64,000 bases of DNA from Eledone cirrhosa (GCA_964016885.1 OZ024752.1:30690001-30754000); one strand, 5' to 3'; positions 1-12,120 are shown, counted from the stretch's first letter. Notes: generated from the letters alone by a model not told the origin. A program made the numbers and translations.

Positions 1-276
1 CAATTGGGTCAATCTAAATACATTTCAGTTGTTTTGGCTTTGACTGTACATACAATGTAAACTATAAACAAACTAAAAATGTATTTCATCTGAAATATGC
101 TGGATAAATGAGAATGAGGTAGTTGCAATTTAAACTAGATTAACTTAGGCAATATACATGTTGAGTGAAAGAAGTATGTTAAAATATGGAGGCTTATAGC
201 AGCAAGAGAAAAGATAAACTTAAAGAAGCTTGGTATCAAAGGAAACACAGCTTCTTGGAAAGTGGTTTTCTCATAT

Positions 277-336
<60 letters not shown>

Positions 337-2461
337 TCTTTAGTTTTTGCCAAGTTGACTTCAAGATCTTTTGATTCTAAGCCATGCTTCACAATTTGGA
401 ATTTCTTTAATTCAGTTATAAGGGTTACGGATTCCCCATGAGCAGCCAGTATTGCCTGGTTTACAATGCAAGTGACTATGGTGTGACCATCATTCCTGAT
501 GGTCTCAGCATCTCGGCAAGTATCCCCAGGTGTCCAACTGCCCTGCCTGTCTTCATATTCTTGATTGCCTTACTATACTACTGCTGACTTGAACAGTCAG
601 TGCCTCTGTTGGGTTGACTTGGGGCAAACTATTTTTATCTCATGCATTTTCTTCATTCAGTAATCTTTCACCATGGCACTTCCATGCTACTCTTTCAGCA
701 TCAATGAGTGAAAGTTCGGACACATTTCTCACAACCCCCTCTCCGACACACTGTCTTGTGATCCTGAACAACTTATACTTTTACTCCTCACGCTGCAAAA
801 CATGCTTAAATTTTTTTACTTTCTGCTTCCCTCTTGCAAGGTAAACATGTCACCTAGCTTCTCTTTTAACATCTGGTAGACTTCTCTACTATCCCCATTT
901 TACCATTCCTTCCATGCCAGTTTTTTTGCCCACTTTACTATTCCACTATCAAGCCACTTTCCTTCTCCCTAGAGACCTACTCCAACTACAGATTTCATTT
1001 GTTGCTTTCAGTAGCTTTTCTTTCAGGAGTCCATTGGTGACCTTGAGCAACGAGAAATAAAGTGTCTTGCTCAAGTACATAACACATTACCCAGTCTGAG
1101 AAATCAAACTTACAACCTCAAGATTGTGAATCTAATTCTATAACCACTAAGCCATGTATCTTTAATTCACATTACATGGGAGGAAATATTGTTAAGTGAT
1201 GGAGGAATAGTAGTATATTGGCTACTAATATTTTAGTGACTAGTGTTACCTGGCATATGATGGACAACATTGGGAATATATTTTTGCTACAGGTAATGTT
1301 ACATTAACACAATCATTATTTTATCTTTTATCTTTTATTTTTCATATTTCATCATGCTTATATAAAATAATGAAGCAAAACACAAATTTTCAAATTAAAA
1401 AATATTTATTAAATAAAATAAAATGACATTTGTATACTTACAATGAATACATTATCAACACACAATTCTGATCTGACATGTCTCACCCATGCTAGTGTGA
1501 AAAAATGAACATTAAACGAGGATGATGAAACTTGCAATAATTGTTTCTACGTTAGGCACAAGGCCAGCAATTACCCAGTGCATTACTGGTACTTTATTTT
1601 ATCGACCCCCGTAAGGATGAAAGGCAAAGTCAACCTCGGCGGGATTTGAAACTTGCAATGTTATTAATACACACACATTTCAAACGTTAAGCATCGAAGG
1701 ACTGAAGTCTGATCTCTCTCTTATATATATATGTCTTGCTCAAGGATGTGTTGTTTCCTTGAGCAAGACACTTTATTTCACATTGCTCCAGTTTACTCAG
1801 CTGTAGAAATGAGATGATAGGGACTGGGGTCCATATCATTCCACTGCAAAAAAGCACCCGTAGAAATCAAGCCAGAATCAGATCCCGTCACACCCTTGCA
1901 AGCAGGGAAAAAGCGGACGTAAAATGAAATGATATACTAGCAACAGTACCCAGCGTTGCCTGGGTAGGTAAAATAAAATCTGCTTTGATGAAAAGGTGTT
2001 GATCTTAGCGACTGCTTCTCGATGACTCATCTATGGCCACACACAAGCCATGTGGGGGAGGGTGGTGATGACCTCTATCACTGATAAACGCAGCATGCTG
2101 GGAGTGGGAGGTAATGACCTCTAACACTAAGCCAAATTTCCTCACGCTATTTGATTGGAAACCGATGAATTCTCAAATACACAACTAAAAGCTCAGACGA
2201 TGTCAGTGGCCATCGTTTTGCCTTTGACCATCTATAAAATGTGCAATGATAGGTTCTATCGTAGTATAAAAGTTGAACCAAATAAATTGATTTATGTGTG
2301 AGGTGGAGCCGAAGTTTCGAATTTGAACGAAATCGGTTGAAAAATGTGTGGGAGCTAGAGCCGAAAAGGTGGTATTTTTGAATATTTAAGCGGCTGCCAT
2401 GCCGTACCAACGAAGATAGTTTCAAATATGTCTTGTGTCATCAATATAGAACAAAATATTT

Positions 2462-3220
2462 TTAACGAAACATGTTAAGAGTTTTTAGTTTTTCGCATTC
2501 TAATACTTTTTTCATAATGCTGTCATACATAGGGTGACTTATGGCTCTCATGAAATTGTCGTTGTTAGTTCTGTGTAGCCAATGAGACTTCATATCCTGT
2601 TCAGTTCGAAATTTCTTGGAAGTGAAGATGTATGTCGGGTAGTTAAAAAGCGTTAGAGTTGTACCAGATTTAGATTTAAATGTTGGCTCTTCTTGTTGCA
2701 TATTATTATTTTTTGAAGTTGGTGGTTTTGGTGATAGTTCTGGTTTAGGTATATGTTCAAGCTGGCACCAATCGCTAAAATTTTCATTAATGTCGTCTAA
2801 ACCTGCGATTAAAACGTATCTCGGTGGTTGGCAGAAGTAATTTGCCATACTGCTTGGAAATTTAATTCTTTGGCATTCCGGAATAAATCTTCCAAGTTTA
2901 GTTGCCTTTTTGTATAAACTTCTAATGTATTTGAGTCGGTTTTCGCCTGGTCGTTGAGCGCTGTGCCACACTATATGAAAGTGATTAAATGCGTTCCATT
3001 CTTTTTTCGAACATATCAATGTATTTTTAGGATGATATATAACCGTCGCTTTTTGTAGTTGTATGAATTCTTTAATTTTATAGTTTGCATTGTTTTGGTA
3101 AGAGTCTTTATGGGTTTCGTCTTCGTTGTATGAGTTAATGTTTAACTCGTAATGTTTAATCGGCACTCATCCGTCATCCCATGAGAAATCGTTCGGCTGT
3201 ATCCATGGGTAGATACACAT
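2462..3220 (-). pseudogene. Endogenous parvovirus-like NS1/Rep N-terminal HUH endonuclease region, 3'-truncated
   Basis: ATG at 3220 (MCIYPWIQPNDFSWDDG*), an in-frame TGA at 3169-3167, then the 234-aa ORF containing the RCR motif II-like NHFHIVWH (HUH at 2983-2975) and a downstream Tyr candidate (ANYFCQPPR). The sequence ends near the Helitron junction (~2405) before any SF3 helicase Walker A motif. Confidence 0.65.
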
Positions 3221-3275
3221 GTATAATTGTTGTCCTGTGTTCTGAAATGGTAAATGGTTAAATTGTAATATTACT

Positions 3276-4806
3276 TTAACGATGTGCTTGCCTTGTTTTG
3301 CCGACTCTCGTTATTTCATAATTACGTAAACCCTGTGGCCATTTGCATAGGTTAGTCTTAGCTGAATTCATTATGGTTGCATTATTTGTTCCCCATGCCA
3401 TCCATACCATTGTTTGCGGACTTCCTGATATATATTCAAAATCAATTTCAGAATGGTAAGTAATTGTCATAATGAAAGATATTTTTGAAGGATTATTTTG
3501 TGAATCTAATATCGGTATTGAATCTAATTGGTGGTGGATTTACTGGAAATTGTGTTAAATGTGATCTACCCGTATTTTCCTCTTCCACTGATTTGTCTAT
3601 TGCTAAATCTTTGCTCCAAGTCCCGTCCCTTGTTGGTGCCCACGCTGATTTTTTCGCTCCTGAATATGTATTAATTTCACAGGGTAAACCGTTAGTTAAT
3701 TTTATTGTTGGTGGTTCGTAAGTTGTATTGAATGCATAATATCCCATCATTGAAAACCAACTCGGTGTTCTATTAACCCATGTATATGCTGCTGTATCTC
3801 CTGCGTATAAGAACTGAAAGTCCCCTGTATTTAGGTATGATAGTATTTCTTGTTCGTTCCCTGTCGCTTCTTTAGTATCTTGCCATAACCACCAATCTCT
3901 TCTTACTAATCTATTGCTCTCTATATTTGCTAATTTGCCTTTGTCCCTAGTTAACGGTATGTTATGTGTCCAGTTGTTATTTAAACGTGCTATGTTCCAA
4001 GTTTGATTTGAGTATAATGCGTATTTGTTGTCTATGTAATGTATCATCCATGGTCTAGTGATAAATGTAGTATTTGTCGTAGTGTTTTGTAATGTACCTA
4101 ATTCGTCTGTTAATGGTATTATGTTTGATATTTGGTATCCGCATGAAGTTGCTACATGGTGTTAAGTATGTTTCTAATTCTGCTATCGTCATACTTGCTT
4201 TTAACTCTGTGTAAGGTATTAAAGCTGCTCTATGTGCCATTTTTAATTGTATATATTCTGCATCGTGTTTTTTGTAATAGGCTTTATCTATCGGATTCTC
4301 AGAACAATTTATGTAATATGTAAATGTTCTAGAGAATTTTTTTGATACTATTGGATTTTTATCCCCTATGTCAGGTGGTTGATCCCCTTGTGCCATTGCT
4401 GCTGATCCCCCTGGTGCTGGTCCTACGTGTGGATCTCCCATTGTTGGTATTTCAACTATCCCACTATCTTGTGATGTTGCCGCGTTTAATAGATCTTGAT
4501 CTGATACTTCGCAATATTCTTCGTTTTTATGTGATTGTTCTTCTTGTTCTATTCTCTCTTTTTACCAGTCGGTGGCATTACAAAGTTTTTCCCTCTTATT
4601 ATATTCCTTACTAAGAACGCCGCTACTCCACTACTTTTTTTACTACACTCGATTAGTTTATTATCTGATTCTAATATATTAGTATCTTCCCTGCCGTATT
4701 CTATATCCTGTTCTCTGCAGCAATTATCTAAATCATTTATAGGTTTGTTGTCTAAATTTTGTGTGTATGGCCCACAATAATTATACCCTGGTAAATGTAA
4801 AGGCAT
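3276..4806 (-). pseudogene. Endogenous parvovirus/densovirus-like capsid gene (VP1 with PLA2 domain + VP2 body), frameshifted
   Basis: ORF 4806-4549 begins MPLHLPGYNYCGPY...PINDLDNCCREQDIEYG, matching the parvoviral VP1u PLA2 (Ca-loop YxGP; HDxxY here QDIEY). After one frameshift the frame RIEQEEQ...EIPTMGDPHVGPAPGGS continues into ORF 4441-4055 (Gly-rich N-terminus, SRTFTYYI, IPY), then ORFs 4047-3493 and 3470-3276. About 1.5 kb in total with roughly 3 frameshifts and no introns. Confidence 0.8.
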
Positions 4807-5606
4807 GATTACTTAACGAGAGTTCTGCCAACATCCTAGCATCTCTACATTTTAGGTCTTCGTAGCTCATGGTGATGGGTAGCGGAGTAACGGCGTTCTG
4901 TCTTGTGCGTGTAGTTCGTCTGTGGTAAAATGTAAAGCCACTTCAAGACGTAAAATAATCAGATCTAGCGTAGTGTAAAATTTGAACAAAGTAGGTTGAT
5001 TAATGTGGGAGCTAGAGCCGAAAAAATGGAAATTTGAGTCTAAAAGTGGTATTTTTGATTATTTAAGCGGCTGCCACGCCGTCCCTGAACAACAAATGCA
5101 AAATATAAAGCCACTACAGGATGTGCAATGATAAATTCTATTTTGTTTTAAAATTTGAACAAAATCGGTGGCAAAATGTGGGAGATAGAGCCAAAAATCT
5201 TATTTTTCGATACCTAAAAAAAGGTGACCCCTCCCCTATCGATTTTTATCTGCAGAATGACCCCGGAATAAAAAAAACGATACGCTGATATACTGTAAAT
5301 GTGGTTGGTGTTAGGAAGGGCATCCAGCCGTAGAAAGCCTGCCAGATAGTCCTATACGAGCGAGACACGGTTACCCGACCAACCTTGCCTCAAGTGGCAC
5401 AACTCCTGTCTAACCCATGGTAGCGTGGAAGATGGACGTTAAACGATGATGATGATGATGATATATAGAAAACACTCCCCGATGACTAATCTATGAGCCT
5501 GTAAAGTTTCATGAAAATCGGTCGTAAGATGTAAAATTAAGTGTGTGTGTGTGTGTGTGTCTGTGTATTACCTAGTATAGGTAATTCAGACACATACACT
5601 TAATTT

Positions 5607-5643
<37 letters not shown>

Positions 5644-6796
5644 TTGAGGCAGTCACAAACCACTCAATGGAGTGAGCAGTTAATGCATTATCATCCAGGG
5701 TAAACACAAAAGTTAATAAAGTGTGACACCAAGAAAAGTGACTAAAAGCAGTGGCCATAATTTACCACAACAAAGATAAATACAAATATATATATACACA
5801 CACAGACACACATTTCAGAACTTAGCAGCAAAGGACTGAAACCGTAACTATAAATATATACACACAGACACAACAAAGTGAGAGAGATTATATTAGCATG
5901 TGTCTAAAAATCATGGTAATGGCACTCACAGGTACCCACATTCCTCCAAATGAAACCACATGAAGCAGCAGTCATAATAACAGGTGGAAACAGAAAGAAA
6001 GTATTATTATTATTAGTTGTTGTTGTTGTTGTACAGGAAGTGTAGTAACAGAAATGGAAAACATTGTGTTAATTACATATTAAGTAACACAACCAATCAA
6101 CCAAATGAAAGGTATCATTACTAGGAGATATACAAGTACCTGTCTATCCGATATTGGTCTGGACAGCCAAGAGCACACCTGCAGTCAACGTGGATCACCC
6201 CTTTTTAAATCTTCATTCACAAAGTCAAGCTATGATATAAGCACCATTATAATAATAATAATTTCATCTGATGTATGTATACATTGCTCACATAGTTCTA
6301 GTTGCTACTTATTTACATGTTTTTACCTGCATGGAAGGTATTATTAACTACAAACATGATGCGGGTTACTCTTTTACAATATTCGGGTGGTTTCAGTTAA
6401 CTTTGAGATCTTTAAAACTGTAGGTTTAACAATGCTGTTCACTGCTCAGATATAAGGGTACATCGGAAAAAATTTTTAAAATAAGATTATCAAATTTATC
6501 CCAAACACCCTGTATATATATCATCATCATTCAACGCTAGCATGGATTAGACGAGTTATCCTATTTGAGGTAAGTCGAGGTCAGATGACCATGTCTTGTT
6601 CATAACCGATTTTGGCTTGGTTTCTATGGCTGGATGCCCTTCCTAATACATACATATATATTATCATCATCGTTTAATGTCTATCTTTCACACTAGCATG
6701 GGTTAGACGGGTTTGTCCCATTTGAGGCAAGTGACTGTGCCTTGCTTGTATAGGACTGTTTCTGGATGGATGCCCTTTCTAATGTCAACCACACTT

Positions 6797-6843
<47 letters not shown>

Positions 6844-8199
6844 TCTATATAAGTATTCTAAGTGAAGGAAGTAATTAGCTTTACATCTGGTGATAAAACT
6901 TGCCAGAATACTGTATACTCCCCACCACCAAGCAAAACAACTTATAGTGAAGCATCATGTGTTTAGGATGTCGTACAGTCAGGTCTTCGAACCTTAAACC
7001 TGGCAGTGAGTTGTGTCCTTGAGTAAAACACTATTTCACATTAGTTTCATGATAGGGCTGAGGACCCTAATGTTTAAAACACCAAAGATAACTTTGCAAT
7101 CTTCTCCCACCTTTGTCACATCTACCCACATAACAAAGACAACTCTCATGTCTAACCACATCAAATTACACCTCTGATCAGATAACTCTCATTCTAGGTT
7201 CCCCTAAATGAGTTAAATTAATGTTAAAATAAGACAGAGTGGGGACATGGAGACGTGTGCTGTATAGAAGAGTTAAGAACCAGAGGGGCCTCATGCAGAT
7301 ACCTCATGGGCAATAAACACAGGTAAGGTACAAGTTCTGGGGAGTGCATGGTACTGGAGTGAGTGGAACTGGTATATTGTGGTCAGATATAAATGGATAG
7401 ATAAAGTAATTCAGGTAATCAGAGTAGGTGAGAGAAAAATGAACCTTAGAATACCCACAGGCAACATGGCATCAACAGTTATATCTGTATATGCATCACA
7501 ATTAGAACTCATTGATGAGTAAAAGGACCATTTCTAAAGAGGTCTTTTGTAAACTACTTAGATAAAAGATAACAATGTTATAAAGACAGGTGGCTTTGTG
7601 GGTAGGGTATTCGTCTCACGATCATAAGGTAGTGATTTCAATTACCGGTGGCGCGTTGTCTCCTTAAGCAAGACACTTTATTTCATGTTGCTCCAGTTCA
7701 CTCAGCTGACAAAAATGAGTTGTACCTATAATTTGAAAAGCCAGCCTTGTTACATTCTGTGTCATACTGAATCGCCCTGAGAACTACGTTAAGGGTGAAT
7801 GTGTCTGTGGAATGCTCAGGCACTTGCACGTTAATTTCACAAGCAGGCTGTTCTGTTGATTATATCAACTGGAACACTCGTAACTAACGGAGTGTCAATT
7901 TCTGTTGGACAATGTGACATGTTAGCTACTCCAATGTACAGGTAGGCTAGGGATATAGGGATATGCTGGGGCACTGCCCTGAAGAGAATTAGTCTTGTGT
8001 TCTCTTACTGGTTTCAGTCATTAGACTGTGGCCATGATGGGGCACTGCCTTGAAGGGTTTGGTATAAGGAATGAACTGATGCAAATGGCCTCACTATTTG
8101 CAACATTAACTTCAAGACAGGTGAGATGTATAACTAATTATGAACACTCAAGTTTTTCCCTGGTGAAGAATGTACCACTCAACATAGGCAAGTGATGTG

Positions 8200-8734
8200 T
8201 GACCTCAAGACAAGAGTTAGACAAATTCAGAGATATAGGAACAATCTGGAAGAGGAAGATATATACAGTAGCACGAAAGGTTGAAAGAAATACATGGTGG
8301 TACAATATACAGAGAAGGGAATAGAAACATAACAGATGACAATCTGGAAGATATATACAGAAACTGAAGAGGGTCAAAATAGTACAAGGTAGTATAATAT
8401 ACAGAGGAAAAAATAGACATAACACAGATGACAACTGGAAGATATATATGGAAGCTGAAGAGATTGAAAGTAGTAGAAGGTGGTACTATATTTAGAGGTT
8501 GAGATAGAGACATAACACAGACAACAACTGGAAGATATATATGGAAGCTGAAGTGACTCAACGAAGTAGAAGGTGGTACAATATATAAAGGAGGGAATAG
8601 AAACATAACAGATGACAATCTGAAAGATATATACAGAAGCTGAAGAGGTTGATAGTACAAGGTAGTATAATATAGTGATATATCACAGATATATATGGAA
8701 GCTGGGAAAGGTTGAAAGAAGTAGAAGTTGGTAC

Positions 8735-8775
<41 letters not shown>

Positions 8776-8800
8776 CAATAGATGACAACCTGGAGATTCT
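8200..8800 (+). repeat. Degenerate tandem repeat within the RTE remnant
   Basis: Recurring ACAGATGACAA(T/C)CTGGAAGATATATA...GAAGCTGAAGAG...GGTGGTACAATAT blocks. The overlapping minus-strand ORFs are repeat artefacts. Confidence 0.75.
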
Positions 8801-8963
8801 CATGAAATAATCTGTTGAGAACCACAGAGGATCTATTGATAGAGCAAGGTTTAACTAAACAGGTGACACTGTAGTGGAATTAAATAGAAGGGGTGGGGGA
8901 ACAATATCAGATAAACAAGAAGAAAATCTAAAACATCAGTTTTTCGAAATCAACCCTGGTTAA

Positions 8964-9168
8964 CCTTTTAGCATTTACATTATTCTATATATACTATTGT
9001 ATTTTTATGGTAAAGGCTTTATCTCACATAATACTGAATCTATGAAATTTTGATATTTATTTTGAGAACAATACCTTAACATATGTATGAATGGCCAGTT
9101 ATAGCTAGTTTGAACAGAAAGAGGTGACATAATTCTGGCTGGTTACAGCCGGTTTGAATACTAAAGGG
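8964..9168. mobile_element. piggyBac-type MITE copy (TTAA flanks)
   Basis: TTAA-CCTTTTAGCATTTAC ... CTAAAGGG-TTAA; same family as 41991-42198. Confidence 0.75.
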
Positions 9169-10619
9169 TTAAAGGAGAGAAAGTGAAAATAAGAAGTTTG
9201 CCCATGTTCTACAAGATGAATGACATGAGGTATTGTGGAGGGCAAACTGTTAGATGAATATAGCACCACATGTCATTACTATTGAGAGACAAACATCACT
9301 GGGAGATGTTGTTGAATGAAGGGGGAATGCATAGAAATATCCAAGTGACGTTTATAGAGGCATGAAATTGATGGACCGGATGATGCAAATAACAGGAGTT
9401 TAATTTGGGAGAGAATCTAGTTAGATGAGATGGAGATGCATTAGATTGGATTTGTAGAGAAGTGACCAATGTTCTTTTTTAGTGAGGCAGCTACAAAAGT
9501 TTTTAAGAGGAAGTCATTATACCCAGCATTCATTAAACTGGAGAAACCCTGTGATAGAGTACCACATTTTGCTACATAGTTGTAACTAAGAAAACACGGT
9601 GTAGATGAATGGCTTGTGATTGCAGACAACATATGACTGCTGGTGTACAACAGGCTGTTCCACATTTAACTCTTTATAAACAGAAATCATCGTTTAACAT
9701 ATATTTTCCACACTAGCATGGATTAGACGGGTCATCCCATTTGAGGCAAGTTGGGTCAAGTGACTGTGTCTTACTCATGTTTCTACAACTGGAAACACAG
9801 TTTCTTGGTAGGTGGTCTCCGTCTTAACGTCAAACCCATTTAACATGACCATCAATAGATTGATATCTTCCTTCGGTTACCAAGGATTTTTAGGGTTGCT
9901 TAAAATATATTTACACTAAACATCATATATATATATATAATGAGAGAGATTATATTAAATTTTATACACTCAACATGTATGCACAACCTTAGGTTTCATG
10001 GTCCAGTTATGGCCATCGCTATAGCGGACGAGCCATTCTAAAACTGGCCTCTCTCATCAGGCGCAAGGACAAATTTTACAACAGCTCCTCCACTATAGTG
10101 ACCATAACTGGACCTGGAAATCTTAGGCCACACATACATGTAAATAAACTCTCTTGTTCTAGACTGAGCATTGTGTTCCTTGGCCTTTTACCTATGGATA
10201 TCCTACACACACACACATATATATATTGTTTCTACTTTAGGCACAAGGCCAGCAATTACCCAGTGCATTACTGGTACTTTATTTTACTTTAATATATATA
10301 TATAAAACACGAAACATTACTACAATCTACCGTTGTTAGGATATAACAATATTTTTTTTTAATGTCACGTGGGGGGGGGGGGATACACATGGGGTGGTGA
10401 AAACAATATTTGTCGCTAGGCTAACGTGGCTGACCAGGTAACGATATATTCGTTCGTGTTTACGTCCCTTTACGGTCTGTGTTCAAATCCCGCCGAGGTT
10501 AACTTTGCCTTTCATCCTTACGGGGGTCGATAAAATAAAGTACCAGTAATGTACTGGGTAATTGCTGGCTTTGTGCCAAAAGTAGAAACAGTTATGTATC
10601 AGTGTGCATCTTCTGTCGT

Positions 10620-10669
10620 TCTTGTCTGATGGCCCTGTGATAAACAGGCGAAACTCCAGAGTAACAAGA
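10620..10669 (+). ncRNA. Minimal type I hammerhead ribozyme motif (family 1, Penelope-type repeat)
   Basis: Helix I TCTTGT(10620-25)/ACAAGA(10664-69); core CTGATGG(10626-32); stem II CCTGT/ACAGG; GAAA(10650-53); helix III ACTC/GAGT with a 2-nt loop; GUA cleavage triplet (A10663). The inverted partial copy at ~10847-10889 has ATGA at the core, implying an ancestral CTGATGA. AATAAA follows at ~10686. Confidence 0.7.
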
Positions 10670-10884
10670 CTCACTGTTTAGCCTTAATAAACTGAATATA
10701 TATATATATTACTCTTTTACCTGTTCCAGCTGAGGCCATGTTGGGGCACAGCCCTTGTTGCTATGCACCAGCATGGCCTCAGCCGGATGGCTGGAACAGG
10801 TAAAAGAGTAATATATATATATTTAGTTTATTAAGGCTAAACAATAAGTCTTGTTACTCTGGACTTTCGCCTGTTTATCACAGG
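10633..10884. repeat. Long inverted repeat (foldback) containing the hammerhead and its partial antisense copy
   Basis: CCTGTGATAAACAGGCGAAA...TTACTCTTTTACCTGTTCCAGC pairs with GCTGGAACAGGTAAAAGAGTAA...TTTCGCCTGTTTATCACAGG. Confidence 0.85.
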
Positions 10885-12120
10885 ATCATATATATATATA
10901 TATCGTAAGGTCGATTTCCTAAGAACTACGTTAAGGGTACGCGTTTGTAGAATGCTTAGCCACTTGCACGTTGATCTCACGAGCAGGCTTTTCCGTTGAT
11001 CGCATCAACTAGAACATTCGTCGTCGTAACCGACGGAGTGCCTTCCATATACATATATATACACACACACTCATTGAAAGGAATTTTCTTAAATGTCACT
11101 TTCTCAGTCAGAAGAGAAAATAAAGAAAGATAACTCTTGCTAGCAAAGTCGCCATATTACACGATAACAATTATTTTGCTTTTCTTAAATCTATAAAGAT
11201 CCATGTTTTCATTAATGATCTGTTTATCGTCAGCTAAAATGTGTTAAAACTAATAAGAGAAACGGCTACTGTGTTTATTGACATGACAATACATATTAAG
11301 TTGAAGTACATCACAGCAGACGTATTACCAACAACACGTTGAAACGCTAGCAGCAACAAATTTGGTCACTTTTGACTTTGCCTTTCACCCTTACATGGTC
11401 GATAAAATAAAGTACCAGTAATGCACTGGATATTGGCTGGCCTTGTGCCTAACGTAGAAACAATTATATTATATACATATATATTGAAGCAAAAGACAAA
11501 AATAAATGTGAAGTGTTGTGACAATCATGCCTCTTAAAGCGAAAGATAGCTATTTATCAAAACAGAATTAAATAGCTAAAATGTGGTTGTTGTTGTATCA
11601 AAGATTACTTAATATTCAACTGTAAAAGAAATTGACTTTATTTGAAGGCTTTGAAATTCTGATGTGAATTAAATTAACTGCGGTGGAAATTATTTAGAGG
11701 TTATGTTAAATCATTTTCTTTTAAATGCTGGTAATTTTCTGACAATACAATATGAAAATTATTTATGAAGAAACAAACACAAAATGTTTTTAAACAAATC
11801 GTTAATTAGTATAAAATAGATCAGCTTTCATATATGTATATATATGGAATTAGCTATCGAAATGAGCTCAGTCGTAGGGCCACGATTCTTTCTATTAGAT
11901 ATATATTTATTGATAAAAAATACAGAATTCTTTTGGAGAAGGGAGATTAGTAAAAGAAATTAGTTTAGATTTCCTGTATATATTGATAAAAAATACAGAA
12001 TTCTTGTGCAAAAGAATTATAGTAAAGAAAATAGATTAGCTTTCATATATATTATATATATATTGATAAAAAATATAGAATTCTTGTAGAAAAGGGAAGA
12101 TGAGTAAAAGAAAAAAATCT

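Larger units (their letters stand above)
1937..5642 (-). mobile_element. Non-autonomous Helitron-like rolling-circle element carrying viral cargo
   Basis: On the minus strand the 3' end is a hairpin TACCCAG/CTGGGTA (1947-1966, 7-bp stem, 6-nt loop), then 6 nt, then CTAG (1940-1937) followed by T. The 5' end reads A|TC-(TG)n-(TA)n-TAAAATTAAGTG at 5642. Related internal blocks (TTGAAC...GTGGGAGCTAGAGCCGAAAA...TTTAAGCGGCTGCCA) occur at ~2270-2405 and ~4980-5200 on both sides of the viral sequence. No RepHel ORF. A SINE fragment is nested at ~5290-5460. Confidence 0.7.
7200..9440 (+). mobile_element. Degenerate RTE-type LINE remnant (endonuclease and linker), interrupted by SINE/MITE insertions
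   Basis: Conceptual translation near 7390-7535 (WIDKVIQVIRVGERKMNLRI...TVISVYASQ...KDHF) resembles the RTE apurinic endonuclease. A TWWYN-like linker motif lies near 8290. Many stops. Confidence 0.5.

Noticed and set aside
2147-2425. 92-aa ORF as a continuation of the viral Rep (helicase)
   Set aside because: It lies mostly in Helitron-internal repeat sequence and has no Walker A/B motifs.
5925-6330. Possible minus-strand exons (GTGAGT donor near 5925; candidate exon ~6140-6325) of a gene divergent from CTCF
   Set aside because: No recognisable protein motif or consistent exon chain; cannot be supported without transcript data.
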